From an uncultured Candidatus Rokubacteria bacterium (GTDB taxonomy: Bacteria; Methylomirabilota; Methylomirabilia; Rokubacteriales; DASRDR01): a stretch of 64,000 bases of DNA. A model generated the notes under the pieces. It was given only the letters and a program-made list of their open reading frames with translations, was not told where the DNA came from and did no database searches. The position numbers and the translations under genes were made by a program. The stretch spans positions 1 through 64,000 of the forward strand of contig CAWDVE010000019.1 in assembly GCA_963805625.1 (NCBI GenBank), written 5' to 3'. Numbering within the stretch: the stretch's first letter is position 1; each line of letters begins with the position of its first letter. This document shows positions 60,862 to 64,000 of this stretch, in pieces.

Positions 60862-61422
60862 ATGAACGCTAGGACGCGAGCGAGAACATCGGTGCTTATC
60901 GGCGCACTGCTGGTCGCTGCACTCGGTGGAGGGGGCGCCGGCGTGGCGACCGCGCTGGAGATCGGCAAGCCGGCGCCCGACTTCACGCTCCCGAGCACGA
61001 CCGGCGAGAAGATCAGCCTGAGTCAGTACCGGGGCAAGCTGGTCCTCCTCGAGTTCTATGGCGCTGCGTTCGTTCCCACCTGAGCGGATAACCTGTCGGC
61101 CAGGAAGGCCGACTACAGCAAGTTCAACGAGCTGGGTGTCCAGATCCTCGGCATCAGCTCCGACAACCCCTTCGCCCAGAAGACCTTCGCCGATTCCCTG
61201 AAGCTGGCGTTCCCGCTCCTCAGCGACTGGCCCGACCTGAAGGTCATCCGGAGCTACGGGATCCTGGGCGCGAGCAACATGATGGCCAGTCGGTCGTTCT
61301 TCCTGGTGGATCAGCAGGGGATCGTCCGGCAACAGTGGCTGCTCGGCGCCGCTGGGGGCACCACCGTCATGCCCAGCGAGCCGATCCTCAAGGCGGTGCA
61401 GGAGCTCAAGGGCAAGCCGTAA
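60862..61422 (+). CDS. Exported AhpC/TSA peroxiredoxin-like protein, candidate selenoprotein (TGA at codon 74)
   Basis: IGKPAPDFTL...EFYGAAFVPT-TGA-ADNL...GISSD...FPLLSD...RSFFLVDQQG, open to TAA 61420-61422; no Cys codon. Confidence 0.88.
61093..61118 (+). promoter_or_regulatory. Bacterial SECIS-like hairpin
   Basis: GTCGGCC-AGGAA-GGCCGAC perfect 7-bp stem; the loop begins 18 nt after the TGA. Confidence 0.75.
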
Positions 61423-61424
61423 GG

Positions 61425-61988
61425 GTGGACGTGCGCCCGGGGCCTCGCGGGGTTCTGGCGGGCCTCCTCGCCTCTCTGACCCTGGTGGCGCCGCCGGCGG
61501 TCGGCCAGTCCGCCGGCGCGCTCCAGCGGCTCGGTCTCGCGGGGTATCCTCCTGACACGCGGCCTCCAGGATTCAGTGGCGCGACGGTGGACGGCTTCCC
61601 GCTGTCGCTGGAGAGCTTGCGGAGCCGTGTCGTCCTGCTGAATTTCTGGGCCAGCTGGTGCCTCGAGTGCCGTGCTGAGCTGCCGGTCCTCGAGCAGCTT
61701 CACCGCGATTACACTCCGCGGGGTCTCACGGTCGTCGCGGTGAACTTCCGGGACGAGCCTGGGACTGTTCGGCAGTACGCTCGCGAGCTCGGTCTCACGA
61801 TGCCGCTCGTCCTGGACTCTGCCGGCGCCATCAGGCAATCGTACGGGGTGATCGGGTTTCCGACCAGCTTCCTGGTCGCGCGGGACGGACGGGCCGTGGC
61901 CCGAGCGATCGGCCCGCGGGAGTGGGCCGGCCCCGAGGCCCGTGCGCTCATCCAGTCGCTGCTGATGGAGCCGACCGGACGCCGCTGA
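61425..61988 (+). CDS. TlpA-family thiol-disulfide reductase
   Basis: Signal/TM segment, LNFWASWCLECRAELP, GFPTSF, GPREW. Confidence 0.9.
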   Translation: MDVRPGPRGVLAGLLASLTLVAPPAVGQSAGALQRLGLAGYPPDTRPPGFSGATVDGFPLSLESLRSRVVLLNFWASWCLECRAELPVLEQLHRDYTPRGLTVVAVNFRDEPGTVRQYARELGLTMPLVLDSAGAIRQSYGVIGFPTSFLVARDGRAVARAIGPREWAGPEARALIQSLLMEPTGRR

Positions 61989-62607
61989 AACCGGCGGATC
62001 CGACAGCGATTTGGTGGCGTGGTGAACGGAGGGGCCGGCAGGAGTTGCTCCGTGCCCTCCGGCCTCGCTGGCGCGAACCGCCGGGTCGTGGGCCGGACGC
62101 CCTCCGAGGCGAAGGAGCCACCCCGTGAGTGTCCCCGTGCAGACCCGGAACCCCTCGTCGCTGGCCCCTTGAGTGTGGGCGTGCCCTCCTGGCTCCTGGT
62201 CACGGAACAGGCAGCCTAACGCGACGGACGGGGGTCTCCCGAATCTCCCCCTTGGTCCCCGGCCTGGATCACGGCTCGCATCCCACTATCCAGACGCGCA
62301 TCACCGCCACGGCCATCACTCTGTCCGGCAAGTGTCCTGGAACGCGATGGGTCGCCCTCTGGTTGAGAGCCGTCCAGCCCCTTCGGACACAGCGGCCCAT
62401 ACGCATCGGTTCCCGACCCACGCCGTTCCGCGCCTAGCGTAGAGGTACCGCCGCGGCGACCGTTCGGGATATTCGAAGGGGGCAGGCCACGACTCGATGA
62501 ACTCGTCGCGTCACGACCCGGCTCGCGGTATGGTGAGGTCTAGGGACTACTGGCGGTCCTGAGCTCGAGGCCGCGCCAAGGAACCCCGATGAACCAGGGG
62601 ACTACTG

Positions 62608-63222
62608 ATGCGCCATAGGGGCAACGAGGGTTATACCGAGGAAGCGGACGCGCTCACGAGACAGTACGAGAGCGTTCGTTTCGCCGACGTGCACGGCCCG
62701 GTCTTGCATCTGCTCCCGACCGTGCCCAGCTCTGTGCTCGACATCGGGGCCGGGACCGGACGCGATGCCGCGGCCCTGGTCGGGATGGGGCATCGAGTGG
62801 TGGCGGTGGAACCCACCGCGGCCCTCCGCGATCGGGCGGCCCTCTTACATCCGTCCTCCCACATTGAATGGATCGACGATTCCCTTCCGCACCTCGCACG
62901 CCTCATGAGACGCGGGGACCGGTTCGACGTCGTGATGCTCACCGCCGTCTGGATCCATCTCGACCCGCAGCAACGTCGGGAGGCGATGCCGAGAGTCGCC
63001 AGTCTCCTCCGCCCAGGCGGTGTCCTGCTGCTGACGCTTCGTCATGGCCCTGCCCCGCCCGGCCGACGCCGCCTCTTTGAGACGTCGGCGGATGAAACGA
63101 TCGCCCTGGCCGGCGTCCACGGCTTGCACGTCGCCCTGAAGGTCGAACACCAACCAGATTTCTACGGCCGCCGGGAGATAACGTGGACTTCCCTCGCCTT
63201 TCTCAGCGAGAGGTCAACCTGA
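62608..63222 (+). CDS. Class I SAM-dependent methyltransferase
   Basis: VLDIGAGTGRDA, DDSLP, LLRPGG, LRHGP. Confidence 0.88.
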   Translation: MRHRGNEGYTEEADALTRQYESVRFADVHGPVLHLLPTVPSSVLDIGAGTGRDAAALVGMGHRVVAVEPTAALRDRAALLHPSSHIEWIDDSLPHLARLMRRGDRFDVVMLTAVWIHLDPQQRREAMPRVASLLRPGGVLLLTLRHGPAPPGRRRLFETSADETIALAGVHGLHVALKVEHQPDFYGRREITWTSLAFLSERST

Positions 63223-63257
63223 CGGGCCGGTCCCAGGCTTCGGGTAGCCTTCGATCC

Positions 63258-63860
63258 ATGGACGAATGTTGCGCGGTCAGAGACGTTCCGCGCGAGCAAC
63301 GGCGCGTGCTCTACGCGGTCCTGTGGATCAACGCCGCCATGTTTCTGGCTGAATCACTCGGCGGGCTCATGGCCCACTCGACGGCATTGGTCGCTGATTC
63401 CGTCGACATGCTCGGCGACGCCATCGTATACGGATTCAGCCTCTACGTGATCCATCGGGGCACCACCTGGAAAGCGCGAGCCGCATTGCTCAAAGGCATC
63501 ATCATGGCGGCCTTCGGGATCGGTGTGCTCATCCAGGTGGCCGTGAAGATCGTTCAAGGCCTCACCCCGACCGTCGAAGTCATGGGCGCGATCGGCGCCC
63601 TGGCATTTGCCGCGAATCTCTTTTGCCTGGTGCTCCTACGGCGACGCCGTGACGACGATATCAACATGCGGTCGGCGTGGGTCTGCTCACGCAACGACGT
63701 GATCGGCAACGCGGCGGTCCTCGCGGCCGCTGCCTTGGTGGCCGTGACGAGGTCGGCATGGCCGGACATCCTCATCGGGCTGCTCATCGCTGGGGTCTTC
63801 GGCCGCTCGGCAGTCCAGATTATCCGCGAGGCGTCGCGCGCGGTTGTTCTGTCAGCCTGA
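63258..63860 (+). CDS. Short CDF-type cation transporter
   Basis: MDECC, ADSVDMLGD, NMRSAWVCSRND; 5-6 TM helices. Confidence 0.88.
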   Translation: MDECCAVRDVPREQRRVLYAVLWINAAMFLAESLGGLMAHSTALVADSVDMLGDAIVYGFSLYVIHRGTTWKARAALLKGIIMAAFGIGVLIQVAVKIVQGLTPTVEVMGAIGALAFAANLFCLVLLRRRRDDDINMRSAWVCSRNDVIGNAAVLAAAALVAVTRSAWPDILIGLLIAGVFGRSAVQIIREASRAVVLSA

Positions 63861-64000
63861 TACCCATCCCCTCGGCTTGGCGTGCAGGCCTAGCCATCGC
63901 GCCCCATCGGACACGAAAGGGGCCCGGTGTGACCACCAAGCGCCGCCGAAGGCCGAAAATCGGCCCTGTGCACGTCACCTACGCCCAGACGTCGCGTGTA

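Noticed and set aside
61990-62600. Short ORFs or ncRNA in the 600-bp gap
   Set aside because: No recognisable motif, codon bias or distinctive structure.

Overview
High-GC bacterial DNA. The gene repertoire suggests a soil lineage such as Ca. Rokubacteria/Methylomirabilota, but that is inference only. Intact genes include ABC importers, cardiolipin synthase, PLP enzymes, a TreS-like glycosidase, PolX-PHP, a haloperoxidase-like protein, a protease-MoxR-DUF58-vWA operon and an XPB-like helicase with DUF790. They are interleaved with many gene remnants and mobile-element scars: an interrupted serine recombinase, a truncated transposase with double terminal repeats, IS110, IS3 and group II intron pieces, and three tRNA-half att-like sites. 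The strongest signal is at 54-62 kb, where two genes split by the ORF track read through an in-frame TGA at a Cys-equivalent position, each followed by a bacterial SECIS-like hairpin. One is a persulfide-dioxygenase-like MBL-fold protein (55211-55942, candidate Sec20) divergent from a LysR gene. The other is a Cys-free, signal-peptide-bearing peroxiredoxin (60862-61422, candidate Sec74) next to a TlpA reductase. All family assignments come from motif recognition by eye; no database search was run. No rRNA, intact tRNA or CRISPR array was seen.
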